From: Veleropilina oligotropha
Taxonomy: Eukaryota
Length of the DNA stretch: 64,000 nucleotides
NCBI GenBank assembly: GCA_048128005.1
Contig: JBEUKZ010000002.1
Location: 1 to 64,000, forward strand
Direction of reading: 5' to 3'
Position numbers and translations under genes: made by a program
Notes under the pieces: model-generated
What the model was told of the DNA's origin: nothing
Seen by the model: only the letters and a program-made list of their open reading frames with translations
The model's database searches: none
Shown here: piece by piece, positions 46,101-52,196 of the stretch
How positions within the stretch are numbered: the first letter of the stretch is position 1
Layout: every line of letters starts with the position of its first letter

Positions 46101-46713
46101 ATTCACTTGAATAATAAAGTCAGTGTATTAAAGTCACTATCAAGACAATGCAGTCAGTATTAGACCGAGCCGCACGCATGACCGAGTGGTTTAAATCGTT
46201 ACTCTAAACTCACTCTCTCTTTTTGCAATGGCTTCGCTGAGTGGGTTCAAATCATCTCTTCAACACTCTGTATTATTAGCATGCACAGTTGTCTGTAACT
46301 GGTCGGTGTGGTTGGTCTGCTAAAGTGTAGTACTTACAACCCTGCTCCTCCTGCAAACCGTGATCCAAGGCATCAGTCGGCGACTCCATACCCACTTATA
46401 AGGCGAATAAGTGCCACCAATGCTAAAAACGAAATAAAGTTGCTACATTCAGGTACATATTTTGCCTTCCATTTCCCGAAGACAAACTTGGTGAGTAGAT
46501 AGTAAAGCGATCTAATCTAAAATGACGTGCGTAAAATTATATACATGTTTCATTTCTCTTTCGTTTCATTATCTATTCCAGATGCTCAATATCACCTTGT
46601 CAACTTCGAGCGATATTACCGAAGCAGAGAGCATCATGGATAACAGTGGTGCCAGTCCCCTGAAAGCGGGGTTTCTTCTCCTCGTCGTTGTTGCTACATT
46701 AATCTTTGGCTAA
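19104..46713 (+). CDS. Host gene: secreted, Cys-rich, probably GPI-anchored protein (~353 aa); exons 19104-19161, 38532-38847, 39320-39504, 40133-40349, 45679-45832, 46582-46713
   Basis: All splice phases are compatible. N-terminal signal peptide MCALIRVLGLVAFACTLHNAFG, furin-like RVKR, spaced Cys, C-terminal NSGA plus hydrophobic tail. Exon 1 assignment and the exon 2 donor are inferred. Confidence 0.65.
19682..20140 (-). mobile_element. Non-autonomous Helitron
   Basis: On the minus strand 5'-TC...CTAG-3' sits between A and T, with subterminal hairpin acccgtcttcgacgggt (19693-19709), an internal tandem duplication and (ca)n/(gaca)n. Confidence 0.8.
20639..21163. mobile_element. IS3EU-like MITE with long TIRs and internal gatatcaagaa repeats
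   Basis: Termini TATGGGG...CCCCATA; 6-bp TSD gaccac at 20633-20638 and 21164-21169. Confidence 0.8.
21330..21395 (+). repeat. Left terminal inverted repeat of the viral element
   Basis: Reverse complement of ~36389-36454; first ~40 bp identical. Confidence 0.9.
21578..21766 (-). CDS. Small viral ORF (62 aa), left arm only
   Basis: MPQEDIPTLYSERSFRRVKNLLNRGYNVLIVVLDDGEQ...; no recognised homologue. Confidence 0.35.
   Translation of the reverse strand: MPQEDIPTLYSERSFRRVKNLLNRGYNVLIVVLDDGEQAIYKKKTKDGRKGVVRNQTLAGPQ
21915..22190 (+). CDS. Viral Cys/His-rich (zinc-finger-like) protein
   Basis: C..W...CGKRC...YCKVH and CxxC...CxxC; a homologous ORF occupies the same position in the right arm. 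Confidence 0.7.
   Translation: MWGTDTCQWLTISSTELCGKRCLNTYCKVHLARLRRNGWGTKPCIKCGKGVFNRFTLCRGCGYRNEDVKDWQRKKRAFQREFCRMAAIYHT
22206..26087 (+). CDS. Family B DNA polymerase - SF1 (Pif1/RecD-like) helicase - HNH nuclease fusion, 1293 aa
   Basis: N-terminal Rho-N/HEH-like helix pair; PolB-like DMKSCYPAS, GCSIIGKF, VATDSIY; helicase GGGGCGKTT, IIWDE, CGDQGQ, YALTIHSSQGLT, YLAVSR; C-terminal CAAC...SVDRVDNSRGH..DNVRLTCLECN. Confidence 0.85.
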   Translation: MIWRSVYPPSNMDDLRNLAKDYGIPARSKLKKHDLVRAIARVRAAEFRSRLERAMKTGRFPSIRGDVENPHKRGRRARELRQIKDEVDAALQARKYESQAEKNPRIRLKPLRAITDRIVKRSRKETLAHAIARKGPDLLISKTPRTAQDYQKDLLGQFTTPEGQRFIDLDDQVPPPVRLPAKEPWVELLSDAKDEFEVDGAAAAFSTWRVEVDIKIAPALDARMTDARAAQLLTALPKGEYVLRIKFLREWSEGDWVVEDKFDPVKAARKKGQGVFEISQDTKPGAITGVDKVYYENAYPVTAVVYGVYPLREPNPANLVPMKNGDLNCVAQRVVEHFEGALRGHGLTPTRRQKILEWEERVHVTGATVDDISILEKILKRAIVLRDIAGEDVFNSGKYQASMWKSIELICHNGHAWSKDLHFPQSREVHLYEGDVWEAIRQATQNEPLAVWLLGGTDRQLNVNQFVLQDGRTYRTKDDHERLQEACTALGNESLADRAFGVNHAASIMAKETNGWKPTPAGLLDDIQKACVEHGHGGLWNSMNYDTGDVCCIDMKSCYPASFLGKGEAKPYFERFGHPLHSMTRVAINGPLPQDIGTGFAEVVEWEFAQDIHPVIVAWFGKHFAENGWAPTPLLAFLVESGLLKSLKIRESIIAFKNQTDVWLPENRDQGCSIIGKFTQGAKADGKRLTRRLVTDQGELDFLVRDTRQSGTLVGAPQRCPLGHILTYYDGSQPQYAHLRASMLAYAHINLLSMLKRFSAAEAVRVATDSIYLKKASLEKLDDVTVYVAPRLCGCGEKSCISCLIAEPYLPPVAPAQWRDKGEQLYMPQEHAAYLPKPEYCCAANSSQPSTAPCYNDTLTHHRLSYLNGGGGCGKTTRAIELFRARNPVVFTPTHRLAKEMRTRGVKAQTYHSFFRWSGQNDWTPDRMGQKFIPRVIIWDEVCTVPRHILEMFLDWLGRHEVQVICCGDQGQPPPITGEMPHDWLRKTADYYEEIEVDYRAKDDPALQALKRRIRLQPDKVQCDEMRRTLPSCLGWDRFVNTWKPGDLILTSRQKVRERAQELLLQRHKEHFPDSMVPILYHPRDSRKQNIMVTIPGTSDREELILNDVVEVTIEAAERAILTPDWRLGYALTIHSSQGLTIHDPQKVWIIDDYLQWSNLAYLAVSRVELLRQLERVTCPPDEGSEDRPPQAPQTEQQLRKTIQKKLVAYKRQDQATGLPGFNLKVDDILRLREAQNNRCAACNIELLWEYSPKDTQQFSVDRVDNSRGHTRDNVRLTCLECNRKRGFAVVNA
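26077..27075 (-). CDS. Retroviral-type (rve) DDE integrase, Polinton-like
   Basis: HQADLLF, LTVVDVASRF, LQVDPGREF, IVERFNRTL. Confidence 0.92.
   Translation of the reverse strand: MDSKLARMYYSPKGYWKGIAAIKKLADAAKASEVEARTWLKRQAIWQIYLPAPRRIPRPKFDVVTPNEVHQADLLFLPHDKVRHKTYKYALTVVDVASRFKEAEPLVTKEAKGVAEALARIYRRSPLGWPKLLQVDPGREFMGAVSQLLAKNNVEVRRGRVDIHRDQGIVERFNRTLAERLFGHQYATEMRFAESAKEGQRSTEWVARLAAVVAALNGEVTRLTGKKPKDAIKAPRVAQKPGATVPGRQGKEQKLPSDVDVRYLYYDGELEGGHRRATDPVWSLKVYRLGRSVTKPDEPVLYYLLDGPPRGFVREELLVVPRDTQLPPVLRR
27068..27289 (-). CDS. Small viral protein (MGLPEELYCAML..., 73 aa)
   Basis: Conserved at 30748-30969 and 62967-63266; stop overlaps the integrase start. Confidence 0.6.
   Translation of the reverse strand: MGLPEELYCAMLAVGYSTTLLDCWRRDEKTMVRFAVLVLSGPTNLRATTAQRPAPEAEACWRLISLLEYIADG
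27330..27758 (-). CDS. Viral membrane-associated protein (N- and C-terminal hydrophobic segments, central coiled coil)
   Basis: MASIAMLVGGALVNALAFSGSNFLF...ITFIILGMAATGLVAYKL; homologue at 62496-62926. Confidence 0.7.
   Translation of the reverse strand: MASIAMLVGGALVNALAFSGSNFLFSKLRSSGVDAERKRHDIAVEQLNAAQTKWSQQRAERLDWLNVELRRQGHAVGTFRDVDAAIREYALITGKNLDPGLGGGPEPALSDYYTPSDGQKGREITFIILGMAATGLVAYKLA
27790..28029 (-). CDS. Small hydrophobic viral protein, 79 aa
   Basis: Same-length conserved homologue at 62226-62465. Confidence 0.75.
   Translation of the reverse strand: MTTPITDGKMLGNAVYHAAIVSGLAIGYARLTKMVFKGASPKLDFTGYDVGMVVLDVALAMATKDMLIKQGIIPADILK
28055..28546 (-). CDS. Viral protein with basic KDPKKVAAGRAGAAARKAK motif and one TM segment
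   Basis: Homologue at 61719-62213; frame conserved despite indels. Confidence 0.7.
   Translation of the reverse strand: MTTPEVDQVIERQPIESQPIERVTSSTDSSVSKKDPKKVAAGRAGAAARKAKQEKLLAAVRKMKEDLSAPTSVVVPSEQPGKAVPAAERPRAPDTRKSDLFNWTQVAVAAGTVALVFVVWKTSSERSNPGPSTPHQQPPDADARQPRAAPTIELKKQNPFHMQ
28449..29204 (-). CDS. Viral protein with N-terminal TM segment, unknown function
   Basis: Homologue at 61061-61813, both starting MSDAVY. Confidence 0.75.
   Translation of the reverse strand: MSDAVYLAFAFSQSLILLLLATLWYWIYSYIRPVRRCWKRFRMDSLIDQLMDDEQETTINSCRLTPDGKEPVSNSGVASSVCAAKHERLAALAVGGQAHRYMGRNLTVDRIDDMTDDEVEKHHARYEAKLGADVTKTLGTSAIHLYAGAAGMFLPIPPANQLRLIADLEADPFISHALTTASCELYYKYGMYLAPLTAALTTAKHCQFGHVCPPKIPDQDDNAGSGPSDRETADREPADREGDFFDGLISE
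29246..29878 (-). CDS. A32/FtsK-HerA-type genome packaging ATPase
   Basis: Walker A GQTGCGKT, Walker B YIIDD, SGRH and VVTQ motifs. Confidence 0.9.
   Translation of the reverse strand: MADSSKHCTKRFPHTKDPHSAIICGQTGCGKTVFMLELLEGEYRGVFRHIVVLCPTIKYNKAYQSCPWIWTDPEVYLVPPGERLHDWLRGFYRLFQGESTLYIIDDCAASKAMAKRRDMLTLLAFSGRHASQSVWVVTQKYNSVLKELREQTRWVALFHCKDRDSFEDCLRENDVIPSQDERTEVRRLLAETRHAKLLLKTDQPVAYSVL
29850..30698 (-). pseudogene. Putative double-jelly-roll major capsid protein, C-terminal part (5'-truncated at the inversion junction)
   Basis: Beta-strand-rich sequence next to the packaging ATPase; frame open from the junction at 30698 (EDVAVAAAYGNRFRIPLDFELLESHMPF...). The fold is inferred, not computed. 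Confidence 0.65.
30748..30969 (+). CDS. Small viral protein, inverted duplicate of 27068-27289
   Basis: Identical translation. Confidence 0.6.
   Translation: MGLPEELYCAMLAVGYSTTLLDCWRRDEKTMVRFAVLVLSGPTNLRATTAQRPAPEAEACWRLISLLEYIADG
30962..31960 (+). CDS. rve integrase, second (inverted) copy
   Basis: Same DDE motifs; differs from the left copy by R>W and R>H. Confidence 0.92.
   Translation: MDSKLARMYYSPKGYWKGIAAIKKLADAAKASEVEARTWLKRQAIWQIYLPAPRRIPRPKFDVVTPNEVHQADLLFLPHDKVRHKTYKYALTVVDVASRFKEAEPLVTKEAKGVAEALARIYRRSPLGWPKLLQVDPGREFMGAVSQLLAKNNVEVRRGRVDIHRDQGIVERFNRTLAERLFGHQYATEMWFAESAKEGQRSTEWVARLAAVVAALNGEVTRLTGKKPKDAIKAPRVAQKPGATVPGRQGKEQKLPSDVDVHYLYYDGELEGGHRRATDPVWSLKVYRLGRSVTKPDEPVLYYLLDGPPRGFVREELLVVPRDTQLPPVLRR
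31950..35816 (-). CDS. PolB - SF1 helicase - HNH fusion, second copy, 1288 aa
   Basis: Same motifs (DMKACYPAS, VATDSIY, GGGGCGKTT, HNH); open frame; patchily diverged from the left copy. Confidence 0.85.
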   Translation of the reverse strand: MERVSLRDLRNLAKDYGIPARSKLKKNDLIRAIAGVRAAEFRRRLERAMKTGRFPSIRGDVENPHKRGRRARELRQIKDEVDAALQARKYESQAEKTPGIRLKPLRAITDRIVKRSRKETLAHAIARKGPDLLISKTPRTAQDYQKDLLGQFTTPEGQRFIDLDDQVPPPVRLPAKEPWVELLSDAKDEFEVDGAAAAFSTWRVEVAGRLALDARMTDARAAQLLTALPKGEYVLRIKFLREWGEGDWMVEDKFDPVKAARKKGQGVFEISQDTKPGAITGVDKVYYENAYPVTAVVYGVYPLREPNPANLVPMKNGDLNCVAQRVVEHFEGALRGHGLTPIRRQKIMEWEARVHVTGASVDDVARLERILKRAIILRDIAGEDIYNSGKYQFGGSTGGVRGKVELICHNGHAWSKDLHFPQSREVHLYEGDVWEAIRQATQNEPLAVWLLGGKDRQLGVDQFVLQDGRTYRTKEAHERLQEACTALGNESLADRAFGENHAASIMAKETNGWKPTPASLLDDIQKACVEHGHGGLWNSMNYDTGDVCCIDMKACYPASFLGQGEAKPYFERFGHPTHSMTRVAINGPLPEDIGTGFAEVVGWEFAQDIHPVIVAWFGKHFAENGWAPTPLLAFLIESGLLKSLKIREAIIAFKAQTDVWLPENRDQGCSIIGKFTQGAKAEGKRLTRRLVIDQGELDFLVRDTRQSGTLVGAPQRCPMGHILTYYDGSQPQYAHLRAAMLGYAHINLLSMLKRFSAAEAVRVATDSIYLKKASLEKLDDVTVYVAPQLCDCRSQSCISCLIAEPYLPPVAPAQWRDKGEQLYMPQEHAAYMPKPEYTQSEKDLPPSTAPCYNDTLTHHRLSYLNGGGGCGKTTRAIELFRARNPVVFTPTHRLAKEMRTRGVKAQTYHSFFRWSGQNDWTPDRMGQKFIPRVIIWDEVCTVPRAILEMFLDWLGRHEVQVICCGDQGQPPPITGEMPHDWLRRTADYYEEIEVDYRAKEDPALQALKRRIRLQPDKIQCDEMRRTLPSCLGWDRFVNTWKPGDLILTSRQKVRERAQQLLLQRHKEHFPDSPVPILYHPRDTRKQNIMVTIPGTSDREELVLNDVVEVTIDAAERAILTPDWRLGYALTIHSSQGLTIHDPQKVWIIDDYLQWSNLANLAVSRVELLHQLERVTCPPDEGAEDRPPPQTEQQLRKTIQKKLVAYKRQDQAKGLPGFNLKVDDILQLKDTQNNRCAACNIELLWAYQPKDTQQFSVDRVDNSRGHIRDNVRLTCLECNRKRGFAVVNA
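35858..36139 (-). CDS. Viral Cys/His-rich protein, diverged homologue of 21915-22190
   Basis: MWGKNVCPWLTV...CGRSCVNEFCNAH...PCKRCGKG...CRPCG. Confidence 0.7.
   Translation of the reverse strand: MWGKNVCPWLTVNAAGVCGRSCVNEFCNAHRRQIRMGITPSPPCKRCGKGTKSAVLVCRPCGGRRAAQALINTKNRARRLYGAVLRELLSRTT
36389..36454 (-). repeat. Right terminal inverted repeat of the viral element
   Basis: ...tattttcccattctaaaaagtacactcaccccccctgctgct, followed by TSD tcccc. Confidence 0.9.
37897..38317. repeat. 55-bp minisatellite, about 7.5 copies
   Basis: Unit ccaatcgcatcgcaccgtcggcgtaggccatattgccgttgacccaccatacaac; one unit shortened. Confidence 0.9.
40435..45050. mobile_element. TIR pair of a DNA transposon/MITE enclosing younger insertions
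   Basis: gcggacgagagctaacagctgagctg at ~40444 is mirrored by cagctcagctgatagctctcgtctgcgg at ~45016-45043. Confidence 0.5.
42052..44810 (-). mobile_element. Decayed L2/Crack-like LINE (APE-RT)
   Basis: GDFNLDLL, SDHLPIF, NYRTISLL, DLSKAF, GVPQGSILGP, FADDT; aataaa plus (cat)n tail near 42052-42075. Confidence 0.85.
46167..46435 (+). mobile_element. tRNA-derived SINE
   Basis: A-box-like tgaccgagtgg, B-box-like gggttcaaatc, core agttgtctgtaactggtcgg shared with the other SINEs. Confidence 0.55.
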
Positions 46714-47020
46714 GTAAAAATACGAAACAGGTACTAGACTTTTGACGGTGGATCACAAGGTAGTGGAAATGACGCTAGTTGAAAATAAATGACCTGTTTT
46801 ATGTATGAAATTTAAAGCTGCATTGCCCTTAATCAGTGAAAAATGCTTTTAACTTTAAACCATAGGCAGCAAACATTTTTTTGCCAGTTAGACAAATTTA
46901 GAAACTTTGCCATTTAAAAATTTTGTAATTTTCCAAAAAAATCGAAGGACGTTGATTCCTGGAGCGCTTACGAATTAAAAGTAAAAATTAATATTATCAG
47001 AAAAGCGAGTTTTTTTTCAG

Positions 47021-49541
47021 AACGAGCTATCACAGGAGTGATCACGTGCCCCCACGAAAGCATTTGACCCAGGAACAAGCTTTTGCATACACACATGAAG
47101 TTTCATGTCCCTCAGTCAAATATTATGGGAGATATCATTTGGAGCGGAAGGGTATTTTAGACTGAATGCGGTCAAGTGTGAAATGTAGGTCGCAGTGACC
47201 TACTTTCTGTACGCGACATACCCTTCAGTTATGATGCATACACATATGAAGTTTCATGTCCCTCGGTCAAATAGTTTAGGAGATATGGAGCGAAAGGGAA
47301 TTTTGGACCAAATGTGGTCAAGCGTGAAAAGTAGGTCGCGGTGACCTACTTTTGGTACGCGACACACCTTTTGATTATGACACATAAACACATCAAGTTA
47401 CGTGTTGCTCGTTCAAATAGTATAGACGATATAGACCGGAAGGGAATTTTGGACCAAATGCGGTCAAGTCCGAAAAGAAGGTGCAGTGACCTACTTTTGG
47501 TACGCGACATACCTTTGGGTTATGATGCATACACACAGCCAGTTTCATGTCCCTCGGTCAAATAGTATGGGAGATATGGAGCGGAATGGCATTTTGGATT
47601 AAGTGCAGTCAAGCATGAAAAGTAGGTCGTGGTGACCAATTTTCGGTACGCGACACACCTTGGGGTTAAGACACATTCAATTCAATCTTTATTGACAGTC
47701 TTTACACAACATGTTTGTAGACTTATAATATATATATAAATACATAATGGCGGAATATTTTAGAGTCTCAATGAAGAGGAACAAACAAATATTATGGAAA
47801 CAACATGATCAACAGATACTAGTTGCATAAGCTATAATACAGGAAAGGATCGATGCTTAATATCCTGTATATTTCCAATCATTAAGTACAAAGCAGGTCA
47901 TGTCCATATTATCGCGGGGGGGGGGGGGAGCCCGGTCTCTCGGGGAAACCCACCCTCTCCGACCAGTTACGAACAACTGTGAATCATAGCTTGAACAAAT
48001 AATAACGTCTCGACCGGGTTCGAACCCACTACTTTTATTGTTAGAGGAATCAAGCCAGTGATTTTTCGGTGACCGAGACCTCACAACTGTCGAAGCGCCC
48101 ATGACATAATACAGTGTAAGAAAAAATACACAATGCATACAATAATTAAACTAATAAAACATCTCTTAATTTAAAGGCATGAAACAAATATTTTTTCAGT
48201 TTATTTAGGAGCGACTTTGAATGAATTGTCATTATTGAGATAAATTTATTTATGGTTGACCAATGTGTATAGTGTTTGGGCAGGAAACGCTTTCTAAGAT
48301 CATGATATGTCATGATAAGTAAAAAGTAAAAAATGGTATTCATTTTCTATAACAGATAAAGTACAAAGTTTACAGAGTCTATGATTTCTATCTACATTTT
48401 CGTATCGGCCCGTTTCTATGAATAAATTGACAAACTCTATATCCAATATCTTGTATGAAGGTCAAATACAATTCACATGTTAAATTAATATTTATTTTAC
48501 TATATATTTCTAATTTGGATGACTGTGAAAAATGAAATTTGTACAATGCTGAAAATATTCGTCTTTTATTCTTTGCTACAGAGCATTAAATATTGGAATT
48601 GGTCGATCCTGATTTAACCAAATATCATGCCTACCAAGAGAGCATAACAAAGTTTTAACATCACTAGCCCAGTTTAGCCCATTATAATTAATACCATTAT
48701 CACAGTCATTTTTAAGCATAACATATATTTTACATAGTAGATTATCTCTGTCTTTTAAAATTTTAATCCAGTATTTTAGTATAATTTATTTTCTCGTAAT
48801 GGCCATTGGAAAACGCCCAAGCTCACTTAGTACGCCTTCAGTTGGAGTGGATTTTTTAACCTTTAATGTACGCTTGCAAAATCGTAAATGCACTCTTTCG
48901 ACTTCTGCTGCTTTATGGAATCCCCATATTTCAGCACCGTAATTTCATACAGTCGAAACTAAGGTATCATAAAGATAACATTGTTTGCCAACTGGTAATA
49001 CGGTATCTTGCATAATTTAAAATGACGTAAATAGTGCCCTTTGTCCCTGTGATGAGATGCGTTTCTTTGTCTTGTTCCAACGTCCGTTTTTATATAAATC
49101 TAACCCTAAGTATACAAAGTACACATGCACACATCAAGTTTCGTGTCCCTCGTTCATATAGTATGGGAGATATGGAGCGGAAGGGAATTTTGGATTAAGT
49201 GCGGTCAAGCATGAAAAGTAGGTCGTGGTGACCTACTTTGGGTTATGACGCATGTACACATCAAGTTCGTGTCCCTCGGTCAAATAGTGTCCAAGATATG
49301 GAGAAGAAGGGAATTTTGGATTAAGTGCAGTCAAGCATGAAAAGTAGGTCGTGGTGACCTACTTTCGGTACGCGACACACCTTTGGGTTATGACACATGC
49401 ACACATCAAGTTTCTTGTCCCTCGATCAAATAGTGTCCAAGATATGGAGCGGAAGGGAATTTGCAACAGACCGACAGACGGACGGACAAGCTGACTCCTA
49501 TATTCCCCCCACCTAAACTTCCTTTGTGGGGGCATAATAAA
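47021..49541 (+). mobile_element. Helentron/HINE-like non-autonomous element with ~140-bp tandem repeats, interrupted by a LINE fragment
   Basis: Units aagtttcatgtccctcggtcaaatagtatgggagatatggagcggaaggg...gtgacctacttt at 47085-47675 and 49120-49460; (gacg/gaca)n then ccccc...ggggg hairpin and A-rich end. Confidence 0.65.
47676..49120 (-). mobile_element. 3' fragment of a decayed LINE containing a SINE (47850-48100)
   Basis: Minus-strand aataaagattgaattgaa tail; residual pol C-terminus (YHDLRKRFLPKHY). Confidence 0.55.
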
Positions 49542-50766
49542 ACAGCAAACAATTGATATTCTTCCATTTTGAAACCTCAACATGTTTTATAACATCCACA
49601 TATATGTCATTAAGGCATTGCTGGGCATTATGCGATAATTACGGGCAATACATCTTTAATACGTCTTGCACGATTTCCATTATAATTATCTATGGTATTC
49701 TCGTTATTATAGCATCATTGGTCGATGTTTGACCGTTTGTTCTTACAATCAAATATTAGAGTCAAGTTATTTTGTCTCAATATTTTTGTCACCATATCTG
49801 ATTTTTCTAGATACAAATGACATCGAATGTATTAGGTTGCATAGACGATCTGATTCATACACTGATCTACAGGAAGAACTTGGGATCTTAAAATAATGTG
49901 GTGCAATATGGTTAGTCATTTGATATTGACAATGCGAACATAATATTTCTAGATCATTTAGGATCTATATTTTTAGTACAGGAACTTGATATTGAATAAC
50001 AGTTTCTTCATGAAGCCATATCACATGAAGCCATATCACATGAGGGTGGAATGATGCTTAATGTCCTGCATATTTACAACATCGAGGTTCAAGGCAGTAT
50101 ATGTCCGTGTTATCGCAGGAGGAAACCCCGGTCGCCCGGGTAAACCCGCCCTCTTCGGCCAGTCGCGGACAACTGTGATTCATAACTTGAACAAATGTCA
50201 ATGCCTCAGCCAGGTATTGAACCCACAACTGTTCGTATTAGCGGAATCAAGCCAGTGAATTTAGAGTGGACACTCTTACCCACTGCGCTGCCGAAGCGGC
50301 CCATATCACATGAAGCCATATCACATGAAGCCATATCACATGCTTAAAAAATTCCTTTATTTAATACTGCCATTCCGAAATTCAGTGTAAATATATTTTC
50401 GAATAGAAATGGAAAGTTGGACGCATCGGTGTACGTTTTTATACGACTTGTATCATAGTCTACTTATTGGTCACTTTGATCAACGTATCACATAGGCCGC
50501 TCCCGTATCCTTAATTAACATGAGTGCGTTCAAATCTTGGTTGAGGCAATTACCAATCACAGTTGTCCGTAACTGGCCGGAGAGGACGATAATACGGACA
50601 TGTCCAGCATGAACCCGAAGGTTGTAAATATACAGGATATTAAGCATCGATCCAACACAATACAATTCAAGGTACCACAAAAGTTTTGAAATCAATTTCG
50701 ATACATACCTATTACTATATACTATATATAGGTTCCTGTTGCTTCAATTTGATATTTGATTGATTA

Positions 50767-52003
50767 ATAGAATCAAGCACCACATTGAGTTCCAGATAGA
50801 GAAATATCAGTCGAGGGTGGGATGATGCAACAAATCACAACCGAGGCGTTAGCCGAGGTTGGGATGTTGCACCATCACACCCGAGACTGATATTTCTCTA
50901 TCTGGAACTCAAATGTGGGACTTGATTATTTTTCTCGCATCTCAAAAAGCTTGAAAAAGTTATTTTGATATGTCTTTACCTTGCGTATTCAAATAACCCA
51001 ATCACTCACCAGTAGTTCTTCCGACGCAATCGAATATAGTTACGTACTTTTGGAATACATATTTATTCAATTCTTTAGTATTATTAAATAATAATAATTG
51101 TAAAATATTTAAATTCATAGCATAGGGTAATAAAAAGCTCGAACTATGACTATGCATGAGGTGATGTTACTTTTTAAGGCTATTTCGATATTTGTTTACC
51201 TTGCATACAGTACGAGTATTACAAAAGCCCAATCACTCACCAGATGTCAGCTGTTCTTCTGACGCAATCAAATATAGTTCCGTACTTATGGAATAAATAT
51301 TTACTCAATTTCATTAGTAACTTTAAAATATTAATAATTGAAAAAGTAGACAAAACGCTAAATATTTAAAATCATAACGTAGATTAAAAACGCTAGAACT
51401 ATTGAACTGACAAGAAGTGACGTCACTTTTCTGAGGCAATGTTGTCTGTTTATAATTTGTTGCTGTCGATCTGCGTGTTTTCCAGAAATTGTTGTCATAA
51501 TTAAGTACATTCTGACAGAAGTGTTTGTGAAGCGTCGATCGCTCTGTAATTATGTTCGTATTTGCTGTCATACGCTTCATGGTGCATTTAAATTTGTTTA
51601 CATCAAGCGGACAATTTGCAAACGAAGGACGTGTTTTGCCGGTATTTTCACGGAATTGTGTCAGCTATGTAGAATGAATTTTCAGCGTTGGAGTAGCTAT
51701 AGTCTGCAGGTCTAAACTTAAAGCCATGGTAAGTTTTGTAGATAGTTATGAGACATCGGTGTGGTGTTTCGGGTGTAGCGTACATGCGTGGTTGAGTGCG
51801 ATATAGATATTATAGAGAGATGTTAGCCTCAGTACGTGGGGTTTTTATGTTTCGATCCGCCATTTTTTTTTCCAAACATTGCAGACGCCGTGCGTAGGAA
51901 TACAAAGTGTGCTAGACAGCATTTGCGTATGTATAAAAAGTGTGCTAGATATAATGTTCCAGCACCGGTAAAAAATGGGATCAGTCTATCTCAGGTGCGA
52001 GAA
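50767..52003 (+). mobile_element. Non-autonomous hairpin-ended element (putatively Crypton-dependent)
   Basis: ~160-bp hairpin centred on CGAG-GCGTTAGC-CGAG (50842-50857); ttctcgcatct (50932-50942) / aggtgcgagaa (51993-52003). Confidence 0.6.
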
Positions 52004-52196
52004 TGATATTTCTGTATAGCGCTGTTTTTATTTATTTATAATATTTATATAATCTGCCATAACCTAATTTTATTAAAGATGCTTAACGAAGATTGAATAA
52101 ATTATATATTTTTTCAAGTGTTTCGTTATTTCGTGTTCGGCAATATTAACTCCAAACTATCTATCGTTATCTCTTCAGGTATGTAGATGTTTGTAC

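Noticed and set aside
47990..48100. tRNA genes at B-box-like sites (also ~1000-1060, 18585, 46180, 55190, 57805)
   Set aside because: No complete cloverleaf; these are SINE heads or fragments.
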